From Eledone cirrhosa (lineage: Eukaryota), in NCBI GenBank assembly GCA_964016885.1, contig OZ024756.1:9858001-9922000 (forward strand): DNA of 64,000 nt. The letters are read 5' to 3'. The position numbers and the translations under genes were made by a program. The notes under the pieces are model-generated. The model was not told the origin of the DNA and made no database searches. It worked only from the letters and a program-made list of their open reading frames with translations. Shown piece by piece: positions 37,800-50,740 of the stretch (positions are counted from its first letter, which is position 1; the number at the start of each line of letters is the position of its first letter).

Positions 37800-39165
37800 A
37801 TCGTTTCACGTTTAGTTAATGTTTTTTTCCTAATTTTATATGATGCTTGGAATGTAGATGCATATTTGTGCAGGCAGTTTGAGAATAATTAGCAATTATT
37901 AATAGTCTTGGTATTACAAAAATTGCAGTTAGGAGAAATAGAGGAATTTTGGTAGACTTGACAATTGCGAAGCTTGGACCAAAATATTGAGTATTTAAAA
38001 TTTTTCTCTTTTAAAGACCATATTAGTTGTGATAAAGAAGTAGGAAATTTCTTATCTGGATTAGAAAAAGAATGCTTATGATTGGATAATCTCAGTTTAA
38101 AGCTTGATGAAGTTGCACCTATATAGTTGTAGGTAATGTTATTTGCTTTAACAGTACATTTATATACTAAGTTCTTATCAAGGCAATTATTTTGCAAAGG
38201 GCAATCAGATCTATTTCTACAGTTACATTTCGATTTTCTGTTATTACTATAATTTAAAACTGTATGCGTTATCATTGCTAATATTTGTAGGTGTTCTACT
38301 GTAAGTACTTAAATTAATGTTATTGTTATTCTCAGTATCAATATTATTGTTAATATTAATATTGTCATTATCACTAATTATCTGTTGGTTATAACTAAGA
38401 ATTCTGCTATTTATTTTTGCAATGTTTTGAGCCATATTCATAGTTGTAGAGTAAGATAGCTTAACTGTGTCTATTGAAGATGGAATAGTATTTATGTTTT
38501 CTAGGGAAACAGTTATCTAATGCCTTAAAAAATAATTGTGCTAGGGGTGTTTTAATAGCTAAAGATGCTGGTGGTGCATACCAAATAACTGATTTGGTTC
38601 TGATTTTTTTCCCCAATTTATTCACAAAATTAGTATTTTTATTTATATTTAAAGTATTTTTAGAGTCTGCTTTATTTATATTATTCCTATTATTACTTAG
38701 TTTATAATTAGAATTACTATTATCTAATATTCAATATTATTTTTATATCCTGCCTTATGCAACGCTTCATTATAATATCCAGCTTTATCAAAAATGGATT
38801 TGTGAGCAGATAATCTATTTAAACGTTGTTGAACACTATCGACTATTGCATTTTTAAAAGATTTAGGATGATTTGAATAAAAGCTAACATAATTTAGGTT
38901 TTCATTGGGTAATATAGTCCTGAATTTAGATTAAGGGTGACATCAAGGAAGTTAACTACTTTACTGTTACTTTCTACTTCTAATTTCAGGTCATAATTTT
39001 TAAGAATTCTATAATTGTTTTCTTAACCCTATTTAGTTCACTATTGCTATGTTTAACTACAGTAAATAATATATCATCCCTATATAAACCACTGGTAATC
39101 TCCGGCAATTTTCTATTTATCATATTAAGGATAAAAATTCCCAGAAGATCAGTAACTTGAGCAGT
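37800..39165 (-). mobile_element. degenerate 5'-truncated Penelope-like element (RT C-terminal half + GIY-YIG endonuclease)
   Basis: GLYRDDILFT (~39061-39090), VNFLDVTLNL (~38928-38960), CNCRNRSDCPL..LVYKCTV..NYIGATSSSFKLRLSNHKHSF. Confidence 0.9.
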
Positions 39166-39335
39166 ACCTCTGAAATATATATAATAAAATATATTTGATC
39201 ACATGAATGTCTATATTTATTAATATTTTGAAGTAATATTAATAACTCCAGAAAACCTCTTTCTTGAGTGCTGCTAATCTATTGTAAAACTTTATTCATT
39301 GATTAATCAATAAACCTTGTTAAAATTTTGATCAT
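39160..39335 (+). mobile_element. inverted pseudo-LTR remnant with the 3' half of a hammerhead
   Basis: cagtacctct GAAA tatata TA ataaaata plus ~150 bp homologous to 50071-50240. Abuts the truncated Penelope-like RT in opposite orientation. Confidence 0.7.
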
Positions 39336-39360
39336 ATGTATATGTATATATATATATATG

Positions 39361-39731
39361 TAGGAGAAGGAAAACTCTGATATAACACCTGCAACTCTGA
39401 TGGTATCCAATGATGTTGACTTGTTCTTCTTTTTGGTAAATATCATCTTGGTTAAGAGAGTGGGAACTGGCTTTGTGCAGTGCCTTTGCTCACTATAAAA
39501 GCTTCACGGCACAGGCATTGCTTTATATCTGGAGATCTCTCTGCACTTGTCGTCACATGGTACCATGGGCCCAGCACTATGTGTCAATAATTGTCACAAG
39601 TGTAGTGTTTGTACCAGAGTTTTCAAGTCGCTGGCTGGACTAAAAAGTCACACTCGTTCAGCGCATCGGTAGGGGTTCTCCTACATGGATATAAAGTAGT
39701 GGCCGTACTCGAAAACGAGTTGGCAGCCACC
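39361..39731 (+). mobile_element. second, 5'-truncated copy of the non-autonomous RTE derivative
   Basis: Near-identical to 29552-29919. Reads [23 protein letters not shown]. Confidence 0.7.
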
Positions 39732-40060
39732 ATATATATATGTATATATATATATGTATGTATATATATATGTATATATATGTATGTATATATATATGTA
39801 TATATATGTATATATATATATGTGTATATATATATGTATATATATATGTATATATATATATGTGTATATATATATATATATGTATATATATATGTATATA
39901 TATATGTATATATATATATATATGTATATATATATGTATATATATATGTATATATATATGTATATATATATATATATGTATATATATATGTATATATATA
40001 TGTATATATATATATGTATATATATATATGTGTATATATATATATGTGTATATATATATG

Positions 40061-40091
<31 letters not shown>

Positions 40092-40168
40092 GTGTATATA
40101 TATATGTATATATATATACATATATGTGTATATATATATATATGTTTATATATATGTATATATATATG

Positions 40169-40199
<31 letters not shown>

Positions 40200-40361
40200 G
40201 TGTATATATATATATATGTATATATATATACATATATGTGTATATATATATGTATATATATATACATATATGTGTATATATATATATATGTATATATATA
40301 TACATATATGTGTATATATATATATATGTATATATATATATACATATATGTATCTATCTAT

Positions 40362-42080
40362 CTAGGGCGGGTAAAATTCCCGAGATCCATGGACGAGTTC
40401 TCTCCAGCGGCGGTCTCTGTCCCTCATTATCGCTGCCATGTCCTGCGTCTCCAACAGAGCAGTGTCTGTCCTTAGGGCATCAACATACATTAACCTTGGT
40501 CTTCTTCTTCCAGTGTGTCCATGTAAGGGCTCCCACAGGAGCACTGAGTGCAATGTCAACTCTGGATGTCGGTGAGCATGTCCAGCTAACCTCAGTCTCC
40601 TCTGTCACTTTTGAGCTGACTTTTGGGAGGCTCCCATACAGCTCTGAGTTTTTCTTGTTCAGTGTATACTGATTAATGTTCAGAGCCATCCTCAGCTTTT
40701 CTCGTGTAGCACCCATCCACCATCTGAGTGAGTTTCTTGGTCAGTGTCCAAGTCTCAGACCTGTACAGCAGCACAGACTTCACTACAGCAATGAAGAGGC
40801 AGATTTTCAGGTTTTTACGAAGGTCCAACTTCCACACCGATCTCAAGCTGTGGTACGCTGCCCAGGCTTTGCTCTTCCTCTCAACCACACATCTTCCGTA
40901 TTCCCAATCTTTGCTCCCAAATACAGGAAGTCCTCAACCAATTCTAGCGGCTTCCCGCCTACATTAGTAATCCCCTCTGGCTTCTCAACATTCTCTACCA
41001 GATATATTGTTTTAGTCTCATTCATTCTCAGCCCCACACTCATCGACACTGTCTCAACCTCCTGCCTCAAAACCTCTGCCTCCTTCACTGTATTTGTCAC
41101 CAAAACTATGTCGTCGGCAAATTCAGCATCCGATATCTTTTTCGCCTTAACTCTCCTGCTCTGAGCCGGTGCTACAGTAAAGCCAGAGTCCTGGTGTTTC
41201 TCCAGTGCAAGGCGCATACAATAGTCCACTGCGATAATAAAAAGGTAGGGAGCCAATGTATCTCCCTGGAGCACTCCAGCCAGTATCTCAAAGAACTCTG
41301 TCATCCCATCAGGTGTAATGACTTGGGTTTTGGTGTTGGTATAGAGCAGTGATATCAGGTCCACTATCTTCTTGGGGATTCCATAAGCCTGTAAGATCTT
41401 CATCAGGCAGTGACGGTCCACAGAATCAAAGCCTTCCTAAAGTCAATGAAAACCATGACCGCAGGAAGACACTTTGCACTAGCTCCCTCTAATATCCTCC
41501 TCAGCATCAGGATGTGACTGGTGGTTGATCTTCCCTCTCTGAAGCTGTTCTGGTTGTCCCTGAGCTTCTTCTCCATCTCGGGCTCATCGCGTAGGATCCT
41601 GTGTTCTTGGATCGCAAGTATCTGTATACTACTCTCCTCGAACAGATATCCCAACTCCTCTCTCTTCTCCAGCGTCCGAATAGTCCTCACATTCAAAGTG
41701 CTCATTTTGATGGCTCTTCTGCAGGACAAAACTGCATTCTTTATATTTGTCTCAGAGACTTCTGATCCATCATCCACTGGCCCTCCCTGTGGCTCTAAGC
41801 CAGCAGAGTCATAACGACCAGACTGCTCCTTGACAGTGAAATTAGGGGCTCTAACCCTAGTGCTATTAGATAGACTCTCCATATTTCTTTTCAATGGCTG
41901 ACAATACCTTACCGGCGCCACTCGAATAAGGTAATTATTTAACCCATAAATGGGGCCCTAACAGATACTACTACTCCGGGCCAGAGCAGACCTGGGAGTT
42001 ATGACAACTAAGCGGTAACTCCACGTTCCCCACAGCTCCTAAACTCCCGAACTGGAGCCTTGCCACTGGATGTAGTTTAA
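40362..42080 (-). mobile_element. internally deleted RTE/RTE-X-like LINE (5' UTR, APE start, RT)
   Basis: STLNVRTIR..AIQEHR, FREGRSTTSHI, FIDFRKA, GVLQGDTLAPYLF, EFADD, SETWTLTK. Confidence 0.9.
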
Positions 42081-42092
42081 TACATATATATA

Positions 42093-42983
42093 CAGGGTGC
42101 GGACGATATTTCTTTGCAAGATTACTGTCTAGAAAAGATAACACAGTAGTTTTTTTTTAAAGATTTATTTATCAAACTTGGGTCAGTTTGTCTTCATGAC
42201 TTGTTCTTTCGATCTCACTTGATAAACCCGCCATTGGCTTTGATGACGGCCTCAAGGCGACCTCGGAACCGGCTACAGGCCTTTGTCACTGTCTCCCGAC
42301 TTAGGCCCCTAAAAGCACTTGTGATTCTGGCCTTCAGATCGTCTTTCGTATTGCAGCTAGATCTGTTGGTGTCTCGTTACACTGCGCCCCACACAAAGAA
42401 GTCGAGGGGGTTGCAGTCAGGCGAGCTGGGAGGCCAGATGTCAGGTGAAGTGTGGTCGACGAAGTTCTCTGACAGCCAGATTTGGGTCGTTCGGCTGGTG
42501 TGGCAGGGCGCTGAGTCTTGCTGCCACACGTACAGCCTACCTGCAGCTATGTGGTCGATCCAGGGCTTTACTACCTCGCTCAGAACGTGGATGTAGCCAT
42601 CGGTGTTCAGCTTGAGGCCCTCAGGGAAGAAGTGAGGTGGCATGAGGTCACCTTGACTGCTCACAACACCTAAGACCAATGTTGTTGCTGGAAACTTTGT
42701 CTGCATGACTCTGGGCATGTCTTTGGATGAGACAGCGAGCCACCTGTTGTTCTGGGAGTTGATCTTCTGGTCCCTATTTGTCCTCTCGGTGCAGATTCCA
42801 AGAAGAACTCCGTGTCTCTTCCACAAATTTGGAGGTTCAAAATTATTCATAATAAATTATTCTGAAAATAAATAATGGAAATATAGTCACTGTTTTTATG
42901 AAGACAAGAGTGAAAACAGAAGTAAAAAAAATTTGCATAAAATTAGCAGTTGAAAATTGCGAACAAATATTGTCCACACCCTG
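42093..42983 (-). mobile_element. internally deleted Tc1/mariner transposon, DD37D (maT) type
   Basis: TA-cagggtgcggacgatatt ... aatattgtccacaccctg-TA. WQQDSAPCH..WPPSSPDCNPLD with 37 residues between the last two Asp. Confidence 0.9.
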
Positions 42984-43001
42984 TATGTATATACATATAT
43001 G

Positions 43002-43234
<233 letters not shown>

Positions 43235-43408
43235 GTATATATATATATGTATATGGCAAGTAAGTATGTTTTGAAACGGTGAGCAGGTTTGAAATTAGAA
43301 AATAGAATAGCTTTCACCGCATTTTTGACGAAAGGAATTTTTAGCCTGATAATGGGGTTTAGAACCCTCAGATAAAATTCCTTTAGTCAAAAATACGGTG
43401 AAAGCTAT

Positions 43409-43440
<32 letters not shown>

Positions 43441-43779
43441 AATGTATATATATATATATATATATATGTGTATATATATATATATAAATGTATATATATA
43501 TATATGTATATAAATGTATATATATATATATGTATATATATGTATATATATATATAAATGTATATATATATATATATATGTATATATATGTATATATATA
43601 TAAATGTATATATATATGTATATATATGTATATATATATAAATGTATAAATGTATATATATATATATGTATATATATGTATATATATATATAAATGTATA
43701 TATATATATATATATGTATATATATGTATATATATATAAATGTATATATATATGTATATATATGTATATATATATAAAT

Positions 43780-43818
<39 letters not shown>

Positions 43819-44010
43819 AATGTATATATATATGTATATATATGTATATATATATATAAATGTATATATATATATATGTATAAATATGTATATATATATA
43901 TATATGTATATAATGTAGGAGGTGAGTTTTATTGTAGTACAATAAAGCAATATGTTGATTTAAAACTGCACTATCCACAAGTGTTTTTTAGCCTTCATAT
44001 CATGTTCTCC

Positions 44011-44081
44011 TGTTTTATCTGATGAAAACACAAATATTATTGCATGATGATGTTTGTTTTTGAAATGCGCATAATAAAATA
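44011..44081 (+). ncRNA. type I hammerhead ribozyme in a ~200-bp solo insert (43915-44112) within (TA)n
   Basis: tgttttat CTGATGA aaacacaaatatt..gatgtttgttttt GAAA tgcgca TA ^ ataaaata. Confidence 0.8.
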
Positions 44082-44246
44082 CATGGAACTCCTTTAACCA
44101 TCTTTTGATCTTATATAAATGTATATATGTATATATATGTATATATATATAAATGTATATATGCATATATATGTATATATATATAAATGTATATATATAT
44201 ATATGTATATATATATAAATGTATATATATATGTATATATATATAT

Positions 44247-44588
44247 ATCATCATCATTTCATTTTACGTCCACTTTTCCCTGCTTGCAAGGGTGGGACGG
44301 GAACTGATTCTGGCTTGATTTCTACAGCTGGATGCCCTTCCTAACACCAACCTCATTTACAGTGAGTGCTGGGTGCTTTGTTTGCCGTGGCACCTCCACG
44401 ACCACTTTGCAGTGGAATGATAGGGACCCCAGTCCCTATCATCTCATTTCTACAGCTGAGTAAACTGGAGCAATGTGAAATAAAGTGTCTTGCTCAAGGA
44501 AACAAACACATCACCCGGTCTGAGAATTGAACTCACAACCTTTCGATTGCAAGGCCAATGCTCTAACCACTAAGCCATGTGCCTCCAT
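44247..44588 (-). mobile_element. full-length tRNA/CORE-like SINE with RTE tail
   Basis: Near-identical to 34365-34697. Confidence 0.85.
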
Positions 44589-44984
44589 ATATAAATGTAT
44601 ATATATATAAATGTATATATATATATGTATATATATATATAAATGTTATAGGTTATCCAATTAGAGCTTCTGAATACTTCTTATTATGGATAGTTTTAGC
44701 GTACAGCATTGCTTGACTCAACAAGAGGTTTACGCAGATGACAAGTTTATAATTTCACTTGTATTCCTATGTAAGTTTATCTTGGAGTAATAAAATTGAA
44801 AAAGTGGAGAATAACATGGTCAACAGTACGAAAAAGGGGATTTATTTGCAGTCTGACAATTGTTTCACTGATAAAGTTGTCTAAAAATTGCTGAATACTA
44901 AAAACATTGCCACTCAATTTTAAATACGATGTTATCTCGATCACATCTTCGGAAACTGTTAAAAAAATATATATGTAACCGGCA

Positions 44985-45145
44985 GAGGGTCGGACGCCAT
45001 GCTTTCCAGCATAGTTACGTCCCTTTACGATCTGAGTTCAAATCCCGCCGAGGTTGACTTTGCCTTTCATCCTTACGGGGTCGATAAAATAAAGTACCAG
45101 TAATGCACTGGATAATTGCTGGCCTTGTGCCTAACGTAGAAACAA
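44985..45145 (+). mobile_element. 5'-truncated Nin/Deu-like SINE with a 16-bp target-site duplication
   Basis: atatatgtaaccggca at 44969-44984 and 45146-45161. Box B gagttcaaatcc. Confidence 0.85.
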
Positions 45146-45341
45146 ATATATGTAACCGGCAAATTTACAAATTCAAATTACATCATCAATAATAATATTA
45201 ATAATAAAGATATAGAGAGAAAAGGAGGAAGAAAGGGAGATAGATACAGTGTCAAAGCATACCACCACCCCACTCTCAAGAGCATGAAACTAATAAACCT
45301 CTGTTCGTACTGCCTCTCTGTTTTGTTCCCGTTCAATTTTT

Positions 45342-45379
<38 letters not shown>

Positions 45380-46194
45380 ACCACAAAAACACACCAGCTA
45401 AATTGTGGAATGAATGTCTTCTTGAATTACACTGCCATCTAGTGGATCGAGTCAATTCTGCAAATGAGGAAAGAAACTTTGTTAGTTTATGAAACTGTAG
45501 CCACCAATATTGTAGAATATTCATTTAAGTTTTGATATTATAAGTATTTGAAATGAAGGAGTGTTTTTGTGGTTACCCTGTATACACACACATGCCCAAG
45601 CACCCTTTGGAGTCACGGTTAAAGATATTCAGTTGTCATACAAGAGGTACATGGTTCAATTCCCAGCAGGATTCTTTAGCCACATTTTTACCATGATGAA
45701 AAGCACCCAGTACACTCTGTAAATGTAGTTGGCATTGGGAAAGGCATCCAGCTGTAGAAAGCAAGCCAGAAACAGTTCTGTGTGAGCAAGATATAGTCGT
45801 CTCATCTGGCTTGGCTCAAAACAGGACAAGTTGTCTAACCCATGCTAGCATGAAATAAATGGACATTGAACAGTGATGATGACACACACACACACATATA
45901 TATATATATGTATACACACATACACATATATATATACATACATACTCACACCGACACAAACAAACACACACATACAGACATACACGCGCACACGCACACA
46001 TATATATATATAAATAGGAGAAAGTATGACCCCGACGGTAGAGTTCAAGCCGTTTCGAGTCCAGAAATAGCCATCGGAATGGCTTGAACTCTGCCGTCGG
46101 GGGTCATACTTTTTCCTATTACCCACTCTACTACCTAAATATTGAGTACTCTGGTGCGTTATGGTCCATCTGGTTCCTTACCACAACTCCTTCG

Positions 46195-46259
<65 letters not shown>

Positions 46260-46876
46260 TATATACACACATATATATATATACACACACACATATATAC
46301 ACATATATATATATATACACACATATATACACACACATATATACATACATACACTTATTCTTCCTTGCTTGAAGAAATATTTAGAATTCTTAAGTCATTT
46401 GACAAGTTTTTCTTTCTTTATCTCTTCTTTTCTCTCTATCCCTCAGAAGATACTGTGCTGTACTGTGGCAACATAATTTATAGTTAACACAAGCTAACAA
46501 TTATAAGGATTTCCTGTAGTACTGGGGTAGGAGGAGAAGCACAGAGGGGGGTTATCTTAAACTACGGAATTAGAGAGGGGGAGGGAGAGGGATAAGCTAG
46601 GGTTAAAAAAGACAAGAAAAAGAAGTCTGTATGTATATCTCTGTGTGTGTGTGTGTATCTGTCTGTATGTGTAAATGTATGTATATCTATATATATATGT
46701 GTGTTTGTATGTGTACATATATATGTGTATGTGTATGTATGTATGTATGTATATATATATATGTATATATGTGTGTATGTATATAATCCTTTGAAGTTCA
46801 ATGATTAGAAAAGAGGTATCATTATGAACCTGAGGTGAGTTAAACTTCTGGTAAGAACTTGTATATATATATATAT

Positions 46877-47338
46877 ACGATATTAAACAAATGGAAACTA
46901 CATTTATAAAACCATATTTATTTCATTATATATATTTCAGGGATATCATATTAAAAATATGGTATGCCCTCTTCAGACAAAATATAAAATATATATAAAC
47001 AGTTTTATAAATAAATTTGACATACCTTAAAACTTTACAACTTCCATTAAAAAAAGTTGTTATGGTAGTTTTTTAAATGGAAGTTGTAAAGTTTTAAGGT
47101 ATGTCAAATTTATTTATAAAACTGTTTATATATATTATATTGTATTTTGTCTGAAGAGGGCATACCATATTTTTAATATGATATCCCTGAAATATATATA
47201 ATGAAATAAATATGGTTTTATAAATGTAGTTTCCATTTGTTTAATATCGTAAAATACTCCAAAACTTGTTGAGTGCTTTTATATCAGTTATAAAATATTT
47301 ACTCGTTGTAACCCAACAATTTTAAATAAAACTTTTGC

Positions 47339-47340
<2 letters not shown>
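46877..47340. mobile_element. palindromic twin-hammerhead element (arms ~46877-47055 / 47069-47250; HHRs 46919-46984 minus and 47143-47208 plus)
   Basis: tattttgt CTGAAGA gggcataccatatt..aatatgatatccct GAAA tatata TA ^ atgaaata in each arm. Right arm extends ~90 bp further. Inserted in (TA)n. Confidence 0.85.
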
Positions 47341-47369
<29 letters not shown>

Positions 47370-47498
47370 AGAAAACGAAAAATCAGTGATGCATCTGGAC
47401 TTAGTTTATTTCGTGTTACAGATGTTTCACCGGCATGTAGCTCAAGTCATGGTCATACCGCCTATGGAAGCACCATAATAGCTACCACTATACACAAC

Positions 47499-47529
<31 letters not shown>

Positions 47530-47530
47530 T

Positions 47531-47996
47531 TCTAGAAGTTGATGGAAACCGCGGAGTGGGGAGACCCAAGAAGACCTGTAATGAGGTAATAAAAGCCGAC
47601 CTTACCCAATTAAACCTCTCAAAGACAATGACACACGACCGTGACTTCTGGCGTCACGCAGTAATACAGAGTACCCGACCTCCCTTGGGTACAAGCTGAA
47701 GCATATAGACAATATTCCCCCACACCCCCCACCGCAAGGTGGTCGTGGAGGTGCCACAGCAAAAAAGCACCCAGCCCACACTGTAAAGTGGACGTGTAGG
47801 CGCCACGGAAAAGCACCCAGCACTCACTGTAAATGAGGTTGGTGTTAGGAAGGGCATCCAGCTGTAGAAATCAAGCCAAAATCAGTTCCTGTATGAGCAA
47901 GGCATGGTCAGCCGACCAGACACTGCCCACAACAGGACAACCCATCTAACCCATGCTAGCGTGGAAGAACGGATGTAAAACGGTGATGATGATGAT
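47531..47996 (+). mobile_element. RTE family A 3' end
   Basis: Reverse-complement match to 55372-55840. Confidence 0.9.
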
Positions 47997-49720
47997 TTCG
48001 TTTCTGAATTTGTTTAGCAAGATTCTTTATCTGAAAATGTGTGTTGAAACCGATATTGTTATACTTTGGGAGGGTCATGTTGCCAATAAGAAACACACGC
48101 GCCAGTTGCTTTCACTTCAATTTATTATAATAAATTTATAAATTTCCGGTTGGTTGGTTGGTTCCACAACCAGATAGTTGTTTATATATTGTCAAAGTTC
48201 TTTTGTCACACATTCTGTGATCTCTTCAGTGACTGGGGATTCTTTTCTTTGTTTTTGTGCCTCTCCTTTGTTCTGTCCTACGCCATCTTGTTTTTGTGTG
48301 TGTGTTGTGTGCTTAGTTTGCGCATGTGTTACATCCGGGTGTCTGTGTGTGTTTATATTCGTTTATTTATTTGTTTATTTACATGTTACTGGTTGGTTGT
48401 TTGTTCTATGTGCGTGTGTGTTTTCATTTTGTCCGTAATTGTAAGTTGTGATGTTGCTGTTCCATTCATGTTTTCTATTTAATTTTGGTTGGAGTTCATT
48501 TATGTTTATTGCCTCTGTGATTTGTCTAAACATTGCATCTTTCACAGAGGCAATAAACATAAATGAACTCCATAAATGAACTGTGTGTTCGTCCTGGTTA
48601 TTTTCCCTTACTTCTGTGTTACTGTCATTACCTGTGTTCTGTGTCTTTGTTAAGATTGTGGTGGTGGTGTGAGGCATAGAATGTGTGTGTGTGTTGTTGT
48701 TGTTGATGTGTGTTGTTGTTGTTGTTGTCTCTGAGTATGTTATTATTGTTGATGTGTGTGTTGTTGTTATCGTTGTTTGTGTCTGTTGTTGTTGGGATGT
48801 GTGTTGTATGTGTGTGTGCGTATGTTGTTACTTCTGTTTTTGTTTTTGAGGCTCCAACGTAATTTTGTAAATGATTTTTCTATTTCTGACATGCATTTTA
48901 TCATATTTACCTTATTATATGTGGCATATTTAGGTGGTAGCTGTAATATCAATAATTCATCAGAGTCGACTGTAGTGTTGCTGTATATATTTGTGTTGTT
49001 GTTGAATTCATCCGTTAATGAGGTGTCGGCCATGTTTATACCATCAATCTTGTCTGGATATTTATCTCTATTCTCTGAAGTTTCTTGGTTTAGTTTCATC
49101 TGTTTGAGCCACCTTAATTTCTTGTTAAAGTGTTTGTCACATTCCTGAACAATGTACTTTTCTTCGAGACATATAAGGTTTATATATATTAATTTTTCTC
49201 TTGGTGTGCTGATCTTAGTTATTTCTTGTATTAGGTTACGCTTAAGTTTTTCTTGATGACTTAATTCTGTGTAAATCTTTTTTATGTTTAGAATTAGTGT
49301 TCGTTTTAGCCTATCTGCTTGCTTTTTGGTAAGTTGTAATCTTCTTACATCGGTGTTGATGGTGTTTGTGTAAACTCGGGACGAGACACATTCTTTTATG
49401 AAGTGTAGTTGTCGAGATGTTATTGTTTTTCGTAGACAACAGAACATGGTGGTTTTCAGTATCTTGTTAGCCTGGCTAAGGTTTACGATATTTCGTTTCT
49501 GAATTTGTTTAGCAAGATTCTTTATCTGAAAACGTGTGTTGAAACTGATATTGTTATGCTTTGGGAGGGTCATGTTGCCAATAAGAAACACACGCACCAG
49601 TTGCTTTCACTCCAATTTATTATAAATTAAATTTATAAATTTAAGAATTTATAAATTTCCGGTTGGTTGGTTGGTTGGTTCCATAACTGGACGGTTCATA
49701 GCCATACCAAGCGATTCCTC
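47997..49720 (-). mobile_element. internally deleted Penelope-like element with partial tandem terminal repeat
   Basis: Direct repeats 47997-48165 / 49492-49683, 276-aa N-terminal ORF (48767-49597), GIY-YIG tail DAMFRQITEAININELQPKLNRKHEW, decayed HHR at 48191-48233. Confidence 0.7.
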
Positions 49721-49726
49721 AAAGTG

Positions 49727-50008
49727 CTGATTCTGGCTTGATTTCTACAGCTGGATGCCCTTCCTAACACCAACCTCATTTACAGTGAGTGCTGGGTGCT
49801 TTTTTGCCGTGGCACCACCACGACCACTTTACAGTGGAATGATAGGGTCCCGAGTCCCTATCATCTCATTTCTACATCTGAGTAAACTGGAGCAATGGGA
49901 AATAAAGTGTCTTGCTCAAGGAAACAACACATCACCTGATCTGAGAATTGAACTCACAACCTTTCGATTGCAAGGCCAATGCTCTAACCACTAAGCCATG
50001 TGCCTCCA
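49727..50008 (-). mobile_element. tRNA/CORE-like SINE (tail truncated)
   Basis: Matches 34417-34697. Confidence 0.85.
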
Positions 50009-50033
50009 TATATGGGTATGTCATGCATCATCT

Positions 50034-50100
50034 TATTTTATCTGATGAGGATGTACTGTTGAAGATAGCTCAGTACCTATGAAATATGTATAATAAAATA
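50034..50100 (+). ncRNA. type I hammerhead ribozyme in a solo Penelope-type terminal repeat (50012-50240)
   Basis: tattttat CTGATGA ggatgtactg..cagtacctat GAAA tatgta TA ^ ataaaata with a perfect 8-bp stem I. Confidence 0.8.
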
Positions 50101-50459
50101 TACTTGATCACACGAATGTCTATTTTTGTTAATATTTTGAATTAATATTAATAACTCCGGAAAACCGTTTTTGTTGAGTGCTTCCAATCTATTGTAAAAC
50201 TAATTCTTTGATTTATTCATTGAACCTTGTTTAACCTTTAAATATATATATATATAAATATATATTGTTATACTTGGAGAGGGTCATATTTGTGTAATAA
50301 TCATGCCAGAATTAATAACAGAACACACTCACTGTTTGGTTGGTTTTTGCTTCTGTATCTTTTATATCAGTTAATTTAATTTATTCGGTCCTCAATGTTA
50401 CCATTGACTGACCAACGGTCAAAAATACAGATATAAATATAGACACAAACACATATATA

Positions 50460-50709
50460 TAGTCTAACAAAGTTCTTTCGTTGCACATCTGCAACATCGT
50501 TCTCCTGCTGTATTGTATGTCTACGCCATCTTTATTTAATCTGTTTATTTATTTATTTTATTTTGTCTTCTTCTTTGCGCTTGCGTTTGCGTGTGTGTAT
50601 AGTGTTTGATGTATGTTCGTGTTTGGGTGACTGTGATTTGGTTATTGTATTCTATCTTAGTTTACTAGTGTGTGTTTATATGTGTTTGTTGTTATTGTGC
50701 TTGTGTATG

Positions 50710-50740
<31 letters not shown>

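Noticed and set aside
48191-48233. Active hammerhead in the Penelope-like 3' region
   Set aside because: Catalytic G12 is replaced (AAAA instead of GAAA), so it is a relic only.
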